Shown here: positions 53,979 through 63,840 of the stretch, piece after piece
Numbering within the stretch: the first letter of the stretch is position 1
How the letters are laid out: each line of letters starts with the position of its first letter
Assembly (NCBI GenBank): GCA_037385645.1
Contig: JARRMU010000007.1
Span: 8,040 to 72,039 of the forward strand
DNA from: Gemmatimonadales bacterium
GTDB taxonomy: Bacteria > Gemmatimonadota > Gemmatimonadetes > Palauibacterales > Palauibacteraceae
Direction of reading: 5' to 3'
Length of the DNA: 64,000 nt
Notes under the pieces: generated by a model
What the model saw: the letters and a program-made list of their open reading frames with translations, nothing else
What the model was told of the DNA's origin: nothing
Database searches by the model: none
Translations under genes and position numbers: made by a program

Positions 53979-55266
53979 TTGGGTCATTCATCTTCGCCCC
54001 CTCCCCGGTCGCGCGACGCGAGCGAGGTCAGCTTCGATTTCGAGGAGCGGGTCCTCGACAACGGTCTCAGGGTCGTCCTGCACGAGGATCGGGCGGCTCC
54101 CATAGTGGCTGTGCATCTCATGTACCACGTCGGGTCCAAGGACGAGAGGGCCGGCCGGAGGGGCTTCGCCCACCTGTTCGAGCACCTTCTCTTCCAGGGA
54201 CATCCAGAACGCCGGCGGAACCCTGAACGGCTCGACGTGGTTCGATCGCACCAACTACTACGAAACGCTGCCGTCCAGCCACCTCGACCTCGCGCTCTGG
54301 CTCGAGTCGGACCGCATGGGCTTCTTCGCCCCCGCGATCACTCAGGAGAAGCTGGACAACCAGCGGGACGTGGTGAAGAACGAGCGGCGACAGGCTTACG
54401 AGAATCGGCCGTACGGACTGGCGTTCGAGACCGTGCTCCGGATGGCATATCCCGAGGACCATCCGTATCAGCACCCGACCATCGGCTTCATGGAAGATCT
54501 CGACGCGGCGACGTTGGAGAACGTCCACGAGTTCTTCGATCTCTACTACGGCCCGAACAACGCGGTTCTGGTTCTGGCCGGCGATTTCGACACGCAGGAC
54601 GCGCTTCGTCGCATCGAGCGGTACTTCGGCGAGATTCCGGCCCGGCCCCGACCCGTTGCGGTGGAGGTTCCACCGCCTGCTCTGGACGGCGAGCGTCGCG
54701 GGACGATCGAGGACCAGGTCCATGTGCCGCGAGTCTACCTGATGTACCACGCCCCGTCGTTCAACGAGCCCGATTTCGAAACGTCGGATCTCCTGAGTCA
54801 TCTTCTGGCGGACGGCAAGAGTTCCCGTCTTCATCACGAGCTGATCTATGACAAGCGCCTCGCAGGAGAGGTCCACGCGTTCACCTGGCCCATCGAGTGC
54901 GCCGGCATGTTCTTCGTCGTCGCGACGGCGCGGCCCGGCGTGTCGGCGGCGAATCTCGAGGAAGCGATGCTCGAGTCCATCGCCGGGCTCCAGGGTGACG
55001 GGTTGAGCGAGGACGAGGTGGAAGGAGCCCGGAACCGGGCGCGTCGGGCGCTGGTGCAACAGCTGAACGGCGTGGGAGAGCGGGCCGACGCCTTCGCCCA
55101 CGCGGCCGTGCTGAGAGGCGAGCCGGGATACGTGAACGATGCATTCACCCGCTACCGGGAGGTGTCCGTGCACGGGTGTGCGGGGCTGGCGAGCGAGATC
55201 TTCAAACAAGAGCGGCTCGTGGCGCTTCATGTCGTCCCCGCGAGCGAAGACGCGGTGGTGGAATGA
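53979..55266 (+). CDS. M16 (pitrilysin) family zinc peptidase, catalytic subunit; apparent frameshift at ~54200
   Basis: Frame 1 (53979) carries the inverted zinc motif HLFEHLLFQG. The M16 sequence then continues in the +1 frame (DIQNAGGTLNGSTWFDRTNYYETLP ... MGFFAPAITQEKLDNQRDVVKNERRQ...) through to 55266. Both frames are open across the junction. About 10 residues between FQG and AGG seem missing relative to typical M16 enzymes. Confidence 0.6.
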
Positions 55267-56630
55267 GCGTGCCTGGCTCGTTGGATCGCACCCGTCCCCC
55301 GCTGTCCGAGCAACTCCGCCCCCTCGAGCTGCCCTTCTTCCATCGCTTCCAGCTGGACAACGGCCTCAAGCTACTGGTCGCCGAGAACCCGAAGCTCCCG
55401 GAGGTCTCGTTGCGCCTCATCGTGGAGGGAGGCGCCGCGGGTGAGCCGCCCGAGCTGGGTGGTGTGGCCGAGTTGACGGGCCGCTTGCTCAGCGAGGGAG
55501 CGGCGGGCCGCTCGGCGCTGGAGATGGCGGCCTGGCTGGATCGCTTGGGTGCTGCCTTCAGGGCCAGCGTCGGCTACGATGTAGCCAGCCTCTCGATGCA
55601 CTTCCTCAGTGAGGTCTCGGATGGAGCGCTGGACTACCTTCGAGCGGTGGTCCGGGAGCCCGCGTTCGAGGGAGAGGAGGTCGCCCGGGTCCGCCAGGAG
55701 CGGTTGGACGAGATCGAGCGCCACCTGGATGAGCCGGCGGTGCTTGCCGACCTGCGGCTCATTCGTGCGATCTACGGAGACCACCCCTATGGTCGACCCG
55801 CCGGTGGGGAACCGGGGACGGTGGCCAGCTTGGGTGCCGGCGACGTGGCCGGGTTCCACGCCGACCGGTACGTGCCCGACGGTACCGTGCTGATTGCGTG
55901 CGGAGCGCTGGATGCCCTTGCGTTCAGGGATGCGGTGGCGCTTCGGTTCGAGGACTGGACCGGCAGCGCCGGTCTCAGCGAGCTCCCGTCGCCATCGAGC
56001 GGAGCGTCTGCCGGCGGGCTGCTCCTCGTGGATCGGGGGCACAGCGCTCAGGCGGAGGTCCGGGTGGGTCGGATCGGCATGGAGCACGCAGCACCCGATT
56101 TCTTCCCCGCGAAGTTGGCGAACGCGATCCTGGGCGGGCTGTTCAACTCGCGGATCAACATGAACTTGCGGGAAGCCAAAGGCTGGACGTACGGGGCTCG
56201 CAGCTCTTTCAGATTTCGTCGCGGCGCGGGCCCGTTCGTGGTCAACGCAGCCGTGGAGAGCGCGGCGGCCGCCGGTGCCTTCCGAGAGATACTGGCCGAG
56301 ATCCGAAGCCTGGTGGAGCGTCCGCCCGACGATGATGAGCTGCGGCTGGCGAAGAACGCCCTCACTCTCTCGCTGCCGCGCCAATTCGAGACGCCGAGCC
56401 AGGTGACGCGGAAGGTGGCGACCCAGCAGATCTACGACTTGCCGGAGGACTACTGGGAGGCGTACGTGGACCGGGTCGAGGCGGTGACCGCTGACGAGAT
56501 CGTCGCAACGGCCAGCTCGCGAATCTCTTCCGAGTCGATGACGCTTCTGGCGGTGGCCTCAGCCGCCGAGGTGAAGCCGATGCTGGAAGAGGTGGGGGAA
56601 GTGGACGTTGAAAACGCCGAAACCAGTTGA
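55263..56630 (+). CDS. M16 family peptidase, non-catalytic (beta-like) subunit lacking HxxEH
   Basis: 455 aa. ATGA overlap with the upstream gene. M16 fold blocks (FQLDNGLKLLVAENPKLPEVSLRLIVEGGA...) but VAELTGRLLSEG in place of HxxEH. Confidence 0.8.
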   Translation: MSVPGSLDRTRPPLSEQLRPLELPFFHRFQLDNGLKLLVAENPKLPEVSLRLIVEGGAAGEPPELGGVAELTGRLLSEGAAGRSALEMAAWLDRLGAAFRASVGYDVASLSMHFLSEVSDGALDYLRAVVREPAFEGEEVARVRQERLDEIERHLDEPAVLADLRLIRAIYGDHPYGRPAGGEPGTVASLGAGDVAGFHADRYVPDGTVLIACGALDALAFRDAVALRFEDWTGSAGLSELPSPSSGASAGGLLLVDRGHSAQAEVRVGRIGMEHAAPDFFPAKLANAILGGLFNSRINMNLREAKGWTYGARSSFRFRRGAGPFVVNAAVESAAAAGAFREILAEIRSLVERPPDDDELRLAKNALTLSLPRQFETPSQVTRKVATQQIYDLPEDYWEAYVDRVEAVTADEIVATASSRISSESMTLLAVASAAEVKPMLEEVGEVDVENAETS

Positions 56631-56743
56631 TGGGCCTTGACTTTCGGGAAACCTTCGGCTATGTTCGGGGCTGATTCGTATCGGGCAGTACCAAGGAGCC
56701 GAAGCTGAAGTCCTCCGATACCGGGCGGATCGAAAGCCGCGTC

Positions 56744-57280
56744 GTGTATGGAGGCACTTTCTTCAAGGTACGCCGCGACCGGGTTCGCCTGCCGGATGGC
56801 TCCGTGGGCGAGCTGGAGATTCTCCGCCATCCAGGCGCGGTAGCCGTCCTTCCTGTTTACAGGCCGGGAGAGTGGTCGAGCGGCGACGGAGCCGCGGTCG
56901 TTCTGCTCCGGCAGTACAGATACGCGGCCGGCGGCTATGTGTGGGAGGTTCCGGCGGGGAAGCTCGAGGCGGGCGAAGCCTCGGAGCTCTGCGCACGACG
57001 CGAGCTTGAGGAGGAAGCGGGTCTGCGTGCGGCGGATCTGCGGAGGCTGACGTCGATCTACACGACGCCGGGGTTCACGGACGAGCGGATCGACATCTAT
57101 GCCGCGACCGGTCTTTCGGAAGGGCGAGCCGCCCCCGAGAGCACCGAGTTCATAGAGACGGAGACGCTGCCGGTGGCGGAAGCGCTTCGTCTCGTCGAGG
57201 AGGGCGAGATCGTAGACTCCAAGACGATCTGTTCCCTCCTCTGGGCGCGATGCTTCACGGACCTGATGGATGGGTCCTGA
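56744..57280 (+). CDS. NUDIX hydrolase (ADP-ribose pyrophosphatase-like)
   Basis: Nudix box GKLEAGEASELCARRELEEEAGL. The start may lie upstream at a non-ATG codon. Confidence 0.8.
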   Translation: MYGGTFFKVRRDRVRLPDGSVGELEILRHPGAVAVLPVYRPGEWSSGDGAAVVLLRQYRYAAGGYVWEVPAGKLEAGEASELCARRELEEEAGLRAADLRRLTSIYTTPGFTDERIDIYAATGLSEGRAAPESTEFIETETLPVAEALRLVEEGEIVDSKTICSLLWARCFTDLMDGS

Positions 57281-57348
57281 TGGATGGGTGATGTGACAAT
57301 CCTCGACTCTCGTGCGTCCTATTAGATGGAGGCGGGACGGGGAAGCGT

Positions 57349-58104
57349 TTGGAGCCGATGTCTGAGATAGATCAATCAGCTGTCGCTCGCGACGGTGACC
57401 TCAGCGAAGAGGGAGCCGCGACGGAGACGCGTCGCGACCGGGCGAGCGCCGGGGAGGGTACAACCAGAATGCCGAAGTCGCTGGCTGTACAGCATGCCAA
57501 GGGAGAGCCGCGATCCCGGCTCGAGCTCAAAGACCTCAACGACGCCGAGCTCGTGGCCGAGTACCTTGAGGGAGGGCGGTTCGCCTTCCAGGAGCTGGTC
57601 GGGCGCTATCACGACCGCCTGCTGAACTTCATCTACAGGACGATCGGAGATCGCGACCGCTCGGAGGATCTCGTTCAGGAGACGTTCGTGCGGGTCTACC
57701 GGCATCTGCACCGTTTCGATCCGACGAAGAAATTCTCGACGTGGATCTACACGATCGCGAGCAACCTGGCGAAAAACGAGCTCAGGAACCGGTCGCGCAA
57801 TCCCATGGTCCTGTTCCAGGCGATCAAGAAGAACTGGGATGCCGATCACCGGCCGCTGCAGTGGGAGGACCGGTCGTATGCGCCGGACGATCTCTTCCGG
57901 AAGCGGCATCTGAGGGCACAGGTCGAGAAGGCCGTGGAGGAGCTGCCGGAGCATCACCGCGTCGTCTTCGTGCTTCGTGAGATGGAGGGCAAGACGTACG
58001 AGGAGATCTCGGAGATCACGGGCGTGACGTTGGGGACCGTAAAATCACGCCTCAACCGCGCCAGGAACAAGTTCGCTCAGATCATCGCACCCATGCTCCA
58101 GTAG
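57349..58104 (+). CDS. ECF RNA polymerase sigma factor (RpoE-like) with ~70-aa N-terminal extension
   Basis: Region 2 (DLVQETFVRVYRHLHRFDPTKKFSTWIYTIASN) and region 4 (YEEISEITGVTLGTVKSRLNRARNKF). Confidence 0.85.
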   Translation: MEPMSEIDQSAVARDGDLSEEGAATETRRDRASAGEGTTRMPKSLAVQHAKGEPRSRLELKDLNDAELVAEYLEGGRFAFQELVGRYHDRLLNFIYRTIGDRDRSEDLVQETFVRVYRHLHRFDPTKKFSTWIYTIASNLAKNELRNRSRNPMVLFQAIKKNWDADHRPLQWEDRSYAPDDLFRKRHLRAQVEKAVEELPEHHRVVFVLREMEGKTYEEISEITGVTLGTVKSRLNRARNKFAQIIAPMLQ

Positions 58105-58144
58105 TCGTCGAGCGGCATCCGCCGACGTCAAGACACGCGCCGAA

Positions 58145-58172
58145 GGGCGGCCCTGGGGCCGCCCTTTTTCTT
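58145..58172 (+). terminator. Rho-independent terminator or attenuator between sigma and anti-sigma genes
   Basis: GGGCGGCCC-UG-GGGCCGCCC stem followed by UUUUUCUU. Confidence 0.55.
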
Positions 58173-58284
58173 CGGGAACCCCCCCTGCCCAAACGAGTAG
58201 AAATTGCCGGTTCCCAAAGCGTAGACGGGCCTTCGGGTTCGCATCGAAAGAGCGAACGTCCGTGGGGAAGGTGCCGTTGCCCGC

Positions 58285-58857
58285 GTGAGAGGGTTGCTCG
58301 CGATGGATTGTGGGGAGTTTCTCCAAGGTTACTCTGACTACTCGGATGGTCTTCGGACGCCCGAGCAACTTCGGGAATTCGACTCCCACCTCCGAGAATG
58401 TCCGACCTGCGCGCGATACCACCGCGTGGTCAGACAGGGGATCGACCTGTTCCGAGAGCTCCCGCGACCCGACGCCTCGCCCGATTTTCTCCCTCGCCTG
58501 CGACACCGCCTCTACCACATCGACGACCACACGGTCTTGGGATCGCGACTCGGCGGCGGCGCCGCGCTGGTCGCGATGGCCGCGGTGGGGCTGCTTGCCG
58601 TCGTGTGGCTGCCGTTCGCGAGCAGGATTCCGGTCGAGATCGAGCTCGCGCCTGTGGCGGTGACCGTCCCGGCGCCGAGCGCGGAGATCCCGTCCCTGTT
58701 CAGCCCCGGACCGTTCGTGACCCCGGTGATCTACGAGGGAGTCTGGGTCGGGGGCGCGGTTCCGACGATCTGGGAGCGCCGGTCCGGATCCGAAGATCTT
58801 TTCGAGCCCCTCTTACAGACCGGGTCATCTGTGTCGGAGAGCGATCCGTCGCGCTAG
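58285..58857 (+). CDS. Anti-sigma factor, zinc-finger (zf-HC2/ZAS) N-domain plus TM segment
   Basis: H-x3-C-x2-C (HLRECPTC) near the N-terminus; TM helix (AALVAMAAVGLLAVVWLPF); adjacent to the ECF sigma gene. Confidence 0.75.
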   Translation: MRGLLAMDCGEFLQGYSDYSDGLRTPEQLREFDSHLRECPTCARYHRVVRQGIDLFRELPRPDASPDFLPRLRHRLYHIDDHTVLGSRLGGGAALVAMAAVGLLAVVWLPFASRIPVEIELAPVAVTVPAPSAEIPSLFSPGPFVTPVIYEGVWVGGAVPTIWERRSGSEDLFEPLLQTGSSVSESDPSR

Positions 58858-58932
58858 CCGGTCCGTCGGAGATCCCGGATCGTCGGATAGGATTACGGCC
58901 ACCCATCACTCATAACGCTGACCGAAGCACCG

Positions 58933-59952
58933 ATGGCTCTGCCACCGGATAACCAACTGCAGCAGGCGCTGAGCCGCGGCGACGTGGAAGGCGCTTTTTT
59001 CTTGTTCGGCGATGCGCCGCAGCAACGCGATGCCGCCGCACGCCGGATCGTCGATGAAGCCCTCGAGCCGTCCACCAGGGACTTCAACCTCGACCGGTTT
59101 CGTGCCGATGAGGTAGATGCGGAGACGCTCGCCGCCGCCCTGCACACTCCACCCATGTTGGGCGATCGGCGAGTGGTTCTGCTTGTGGAGGCTCAAGAGC
59201 TGGGCACCGCGGCGGTCAACGTTGTCGAGGCCGCGCTCGACGCTCTCCCGTGCGGGCTCACCTTCGTGATCACGGCCGGGCCCGCATCCGGGAAGGCCGA
59301 GAAGACGATGAAGGGATTCGCCAGGCGGTGCCGGAGCTTCGAGTGGCGGGTCCCTCGTGAGGATGCCCTGCCCGGGTGGCTGCTCGATCAGGCAAGGGCG
59401 CGCCACGGATACGAGCTGTCGGAGCGAGCCGCGCAAGCGGTGGCCGACGCGATCGGGCCGGAGCTCGGTCTGCTGGAGAGCGAGCTGGAGAAGCTCGTGC
59501 ACGCCGCGGAGGACGGCCGCGTATCGCTGGAAGCGGTCCGCCGCCTGGTGCCCAACGTACGCCAGGTGAACCGCTGGGAGTGGCTGGATCAGGTCGCGGC
59601 GCGCCGGTACGAGGATGCACTCGCAAAGCTGCCCGCGCTCCTGTCGGACAGCCGCGAGAGCGCCGTCGGCCTGCTGGCGGCCATGATCGATCAGCACATC
59701 TGCCTCGGCATCGCCATCGAGGGCGGTGCGGGCATGCTCGGCAGCGCCCTGAGCGAGGCCGGGAAGCCCTATCTCAAGTGGAAGGCGCGGATCTACGCGC
59801 AACAGGCACGGGCATGGGAAGCGGAGCAGCTCGAGCGAGCCTTACGGCTCATGAGAGACGCCGATTGGCGATCCAAATCAGGTGTAGGCGACCGAGCGAC
59901 TCTCGAGGAGCTGTTGCTGTCGCTTCGCCTCGAAGCCGGAAGGGCCGCGTGA
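58933..59952 (+). CDS. holA: DNA polymerase III delta subunit
   Basis: 339 aa. HolA-like blocks (FFLFGDAPQQRDAAARRIVD, RVVLLVEAQELG) and overall delta-subunit length. Confidence 0.75.
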   Translation: MALPPDNQLQQALSRGDVEGAFFLFGDAPQQRDAAARRIVDEALEPSTRDFNLDRFRADEVDAETLAAALHTPPMLGDRRVVLLVEAQELGTAAVNVVEAALDALPCGLTFVITAGPASGKAEKTMKGFARRCRSFEWRVPREDALPGWLLDQARARHGYELSERAAQAVADAIGPELGLLESELEKLVHAAEDGRVSLEAVRRLVPNVRQVNRWEWLDQVAARRYEDALAKLPALLSDSRESAVGLLAAMIDQHICLGIAIEGGAGMLGSALSEAGKPYLKWKARIYAQQARAWEAEQLERALRLMRDADWRSKSGVGDRATLEELLLSLRLEAGRAA

Positions 59953-60743
59953 ACCGCGGCACGCTCGTGCTTGCCGTGGGCACCCTGTGGATCGCCGTTG
60001 CCGGCCACGCGGGTGCCCAAACTTCGGGCTCGGGCGTCTCGGAGCTCGACAGGGCGCAGGCGCTGGCGGACTCGGGGCGCACGGACGCGGCCCGTGCGTC
60101 CCTCGACGCCTGGTACGGCGCCAGCGAGGCGCCCGGCCCCGTCGAGCTCTCCCGGGCGCGTCTGTTAAGAGCGCGGCTCGCCTCCGATCCGGATTCCGCC
60201 GAGCTGGATTACGTTTGGGTGACGATCGAGGGCGATGCCGCGCACGCGCCCGAGGCGCTCCTGCGGCTCGCCCAGCTGAGGCTGCTTCGAGGCGAGCCCG
60301 AGAGGGCGCTCGCCGACCTGGAGCGCCTGCGGTCCAGCCATCCCGAGGACCCGCGCATCGGCGAGTCGTGGCTATGGACAGGCCACGCTCACGAGGCTCT
60401 CGGCGAGCTGGAGGCGGCCTGCGCCGCCTGGCGGCGTGCGGAGCCCGCTGATTCGGTGACGCGTCCAGCCGTTACGGAGGCTCTGAAAGCCTGCGAGGAG
60501 GGCGGCGCCGTCTTCGCGGTACAGGTCGGGGCGTTCGGAGAGACCTCCGGGGCCGAGACGGTACGTCGCCGGTTGGAGAGCGCGGGCTTCGAGACCTACG
60601 TGGTGACGAACGGCGAAGACGGACTGCACCGCGTGCGGACCGGCCGATTCATGCACCTCACATCGGCCGCCCTCTACGCGGAGCGTGTACGCCGGCACGG
60701 ATTCGAGGCCGTGGTCGTCCTGAGCGCTCCGGCCTCCGGCTAG
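59949..60743 (+). CDS. SPOR-domain (peptidoglycan-binding) protein with TPR-like region
   Basis: GTG 59949 overlaps the holA stop. Signal peptide. C-terminal SPOR (FAVQVGAFGETSGAETVRRRLESAGFETYVV...VRTGRF). The track ORF start 59376 lies inside holA. Confidence 0.7.
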   Translation: MNRGTLVLAVGTLWIAVAGHAGAQTSGSGVSELDRAQALADSGRTDAARASLDAWYGASEAPGPVELSRARLLRARLASDPDSAELDYVWVTIEGDAAHAPEALLRLAQLRLLRGEPERALADLERLRSSHPEDPRIGESWLWTGHAHEALGELEAACAAWRRAEPADSVTRPAVTEALKACEEGGAVFAVQVGAFGETSGAETVRRRLESAGFETYVVTNGEDGLHRVRTGRFMHLTSAALYAERVRRHGFEAVVVLSAPASG

Positions 60744-60754
60744 CGGGGAACGAG

Positions 60755-63430
60755 ATGGTCGTGCCCCCACACAGTCCCGCTTACGCCGCCCACACGCCGC
60801 TGATCCGGCAGTACCTCGACATCAAGTCACGCCACCCCGAATCGATTCTGTTCTTCAGGGTCGGCGACTTCTACGAGATGTTCTTCGAGGATGCCGAGGA
60901 GGGCAGCCGACTGCTGGGCATTACGCTGACCAGCCGGAACAACGGGGCCAGTGCCGACGTGCCGCTGGCGGGCGTTCCCGCAAAGGCCGTCGACGAGTAC
61001 CTGCCGAAGCTCGTGAGTCTCGGAAGGAGCGTCGCGGTGTGCGATCAGGTCGAAGAGGCTGCCGAGGCCGAGGGACTGGTGCGCCGAGAAGTCGTCGCGG
61101 TCATCACCCCCGGAACGGCGATCGAAGATGTCCTCCTCGACGCGCGGCGCAACAACTTCGTCGTTTCCGTGGCGGGCACGGACCCTGTGGGGATCGCCGT
61201 GGCGGACCTGTCTACCGGCGAATTCGACCTTCAGGAATGCTCGCGCGGCGAGCTGCCCGACGCGATCGCGCGCCTGGAGCCGGCCGAGCTCGTGGTGAGC
61301 TCCGATCGGGATGCGGTCCCCGCAGGCGCCTGGACCGTAACGCGCCGCGAGGGCTGGCGCTTCGATCCCGAGTTCGGAGAGGAGGCGCTTCGCCGCCGCT
61401 TCTCCGTGGCGAGCAGTGAGGGCTTCGGCCTGGCAGCGGCCGCGGATCGACACCTGGTATCGGCTGCCGGCGCGCTCGTCGCCTATCTCGAAGAGGTGCG
61501 GCCCGCGGGTCTGGCACACCTGCGCTTTCCGAAGGTCGAGCGATCGGATCGCGCGATGCACCTGGACGAGATGACGCGTCGGAACCTGGAGCTCGTCGAA
61601 CCGCTCCGGGCCGATGGGGGGGCGACTCTCCTGGACGTGCTCGATCGTACTCGAACCGCCATGGGGGCGCGCCTGTTGCGACGCTGGCTTCTCCGGCCGC
61701 TTCTCGACCCGGCTGGGATCGCCGCGCGCCAGGATGCCGTAGGTACGCTGGTCGAGGACCCGGAGCTCCGTGGCTCGCTGCGGGCGAGGCTCGGTAGGGT
61801 CCGCGACCTCGAGCGCTCGGTGACCCGCATCTCTGCGGGCCGGGCGGCACCGCGCGAGATCCTCGGCTTCGGCCAATCACTCGGTGAGCTGCCCCACGTC
61901 AGCGAACTGGGAAGCGGGCGAGAAGGAAGAATCGGGGAGCTGTGCGAGAGCCTGGATCTGCTCGACGACCTTCACGACCTCGTGGAGCGGGCGATCTCGC
62001 CCGAAGCGCCGGCCGCTCTGGCCGATGGGGGTGTCATCCGATCGGGGCATTCGGCCGAGCTGGACGGTCTGCGAGAGCTGAGGTCGGGGGCTGTGGAATG
62101 GATCGCCTCGTTGCAGGAGCGAGAGCGGCGACGAACGGGCATCCGAACCCTGAAGATCGGCCACAACAAGGTGTTCGGATACTATCTGGAGGTCACGCGC
62201 CCCAACTTGGATCGGGTCCCCGACGACTACCAGCGCAAGCAGACCCTCACCGGCTCAGAGCGCTTCGTGACGCCGGAGCTGAAGGATTGGGAAGAGAAGA
62301 TCGTCGATGCGGACGTGAGAATCGGCGAGTTGGAGTTGCGTCTTTATCGCGAGGTTCGCGACGCGATCGCGGCTCGGGTGGAGCAGATCCAGCAGGCCGC
62401 GCTGCGCATCGCGGAGCTGGACGTGTTGGCCGCTCTGGCCGCCGCGGCGGCGCGGGGCGGTTACTGCCGCCCGGAAGTCGTCGAGGAGTTCGGCCTAGAG
62501 ATCCGCGGAGGTCGGCACCCGGTCGTCGAGACGATGATGCCGAGGGAAGAGTTCATACCAAACGATGTGGTGCTGGACCGCGAGGGGTTCGTGATGGTGC
62601 TCACCGGCCCCAACATGGCCGGGAAGTCCACCGTGCTCCGCCAGGTCGGCCTGATCGTCCTGATGGCTCAGATCGGCTCCTACGTGCCCGCCAATAGCGC
62701 GCGGATCGGGCTCTGCGACCGCGTCTTCACCCGCGTCGGCGCCTCGGACAGCCTGACTCGAGGTCAAAGCACGTTCATGGTCGAGATGACCGAGACGGCG
62801 ACGATTCTCAACTCTGCCACAGAGCGGAGCCTGGTGCTGCTGGACGAGATCGGGCGCGGAACCTCGACCTACGACGGCGTTTCGATCGCCTGGGCGGTCA
62901 CCGCCTACATACACGAGCGCATCGGGGCGAGGACGATATTCGCCACGCACTACCACGAGCTCGTGGAGCTCGCCGATCTGCTGAGCGGCGTGGTTCCGGC
63001 CAACGTGGCGGTCCGGGAACACGGTCACGAGATCGTCTTCCTCCGCCGCCTCGAGCCGGGAGGGAGCGATCGCTCCTATGGCGTCCAGGTGGCACGCCTC
63101 GCCGGCCTCCCGCGGGAGGTGTTGGACGAAGCCACACGGGTTCTGCACGAGCTTGAAGGCGGCCCATCGGGCGCCGGCAGCCGGCTCGCCGGCCTGCTGG
63201 ATCGTCATCAGTACTCGCTGTTCGCGGAGCCCGAAGAGGTCGAGGTGCGTCCTGGCGAGGCTCGGTCCCCCTCGAGCGAGAAGCTTCTGGCGAGACTGTC
63301 CGAGCTCGACCCGGAGCGGCTGACGCCAATCGAGGCGCTTCTCAGCCTGGCGGAGCTGAAGCGCCTTGCAGAGGCTGACGAAGTCGGCCGCGAGGCCTCG
63401 GGGCCGGGTGGGGAGGCCCGAGCGGGATGA
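60755..63430 (+). CDS. mutS: DNA mismatch repair protein MutS
   Basis: 891 aa. N-terminal mismatch-binding TPLIRQYLDIKSRHPESILFFRVGDFYEMFFEDA; Walker A GPNMAGKST; DEIGRGTSTYDG; C-terminal HTH. Confidence 0.95.
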   Translation: MVVPPHSPAYAAHTPLIRQYLDIKSRHPESILFFRVGDFYEMFFEDAEEGSRLLGITLTSRNNGASADVPLAGVPAKAVDEYLPKLVSLGRSVAVCDQVEEAAEAEGLVRREVVAVITPGTAIEDVLLDARRNNFVVSVAGTDPVGIAVADLSTGEFDLQECSRGELPDAIARLEPAELVVSSDRDAVPAGAWTVTRREGWRFDPEFGEEALRRRFSVASSEGFGLAAAADRHLVSAAGALVAYLEEVRPAGLAHLRFPKVERSDRAMHLDEMTRRNLELVEPLRADGGATLLDVLDRTRTAMGARLLRRWLLRPLLDPAGIAARQDAVGTLVEDPELRGSLRARLGRVRDLERSVTRISAGRAAPREILGFGQSLGELPHVSELGSGREGRIGELCESLDLLDDLHDLVERAISPEAPAALADGGVIRSGHSAELDGLRELRSGAVEWIASLQERERRRTGIRTLKIGHNKVFGYYLEVTRPNLDRVPDDYQRKQTLTGSERFVTPELKDWEEKIVDADVRIGELELRLYREVRDAIAARVEQIQQAALRIAELDVLAALAAAAARGGYCRPEVVEEFGLEIRGGRHPVVETMMPREEFIPNDVVLDREGFVMVLTGPNMAGKSTVLRQVGLIVLMAQIGSYVPANSARIGLCDRVFTRVGASDSLTRGQSTFMVEMTETATILNSATERSLVLLDEIGRGTSTYDGVSIAWAVTAYIHERIGARTIFATHYHELVELADLLSGVVPANVAVREHGHEIVFLRRLEPGGSDRSYGVQVARLAGLPREVLDEATRVLHELEGGPSGAGSRLAGLLDRHQYSLFAEPEEVEVRPGEARSPSSEKLLARLSELDPERLTPIEALLSLAELKRLAEADEVGREASGPGGEARAG

Positions 63431-63840
63431 ACGGTGGGTGGATCAGGGGCCGTCTCGGGCTCTGTGTGCTGGGAGTGCTACTGGCGGGCTGCAGCGAGAC
63501 GATGAGGCCGGTATTGGGTGGCCTCGCGGTCGGTGAACAGGGGTCAGCCTTCCACATGCCGACGCTGCTGAACGAGCAGCTCCCGTTCGAGTATCCTCAG
63601 GATGCGTGGGCGAGCCGGATCGGTGGAGAGACGGTGCTGCGAATCCGGATCTCGACCGCGGGTGCCGTCGACTCGGTCGCCGTCCAGAAGACCAGCGGTC
63701 ACCGAAGCCTTGATTCAGCCGCCGTGGCGGGCGCTCGCGAGCTACGTTACAAACCGGCTCGGCAGGGAGAGCGGTCCGTTCCCGTCTGGGCGACTCTCCC
63801 CGTCCGGTATCCGATGCCAGAAAGGAACGGAGAGCCGTGA
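63427..63840 (+). CDS. TonB C-terminal domain lipoprotein
   Basis: Lipobox LLAGCS. TonB_C block ([59 protein letters not shown]). Confidence 0.7.
   Translation: MNGGWIRGRLGLCVLGVLLAGCSETMRPVLGGLAVGEQGSAFHMPTLLNEQLPFEYPQDAWASRIGGETVLRIRISTAGAVDSVAVQKTSGHRSLDSAAVAGARELRYKPARQGERSVPVWATLPVRYPMPERNGEP

Noticed and set aside
59376-59948. N-terminal 191 codons of the track ORF 59376..60743
   Set aside because: Out-of-frame overlap of holA. The real SPOR-domain gene starts at GTG 59949.
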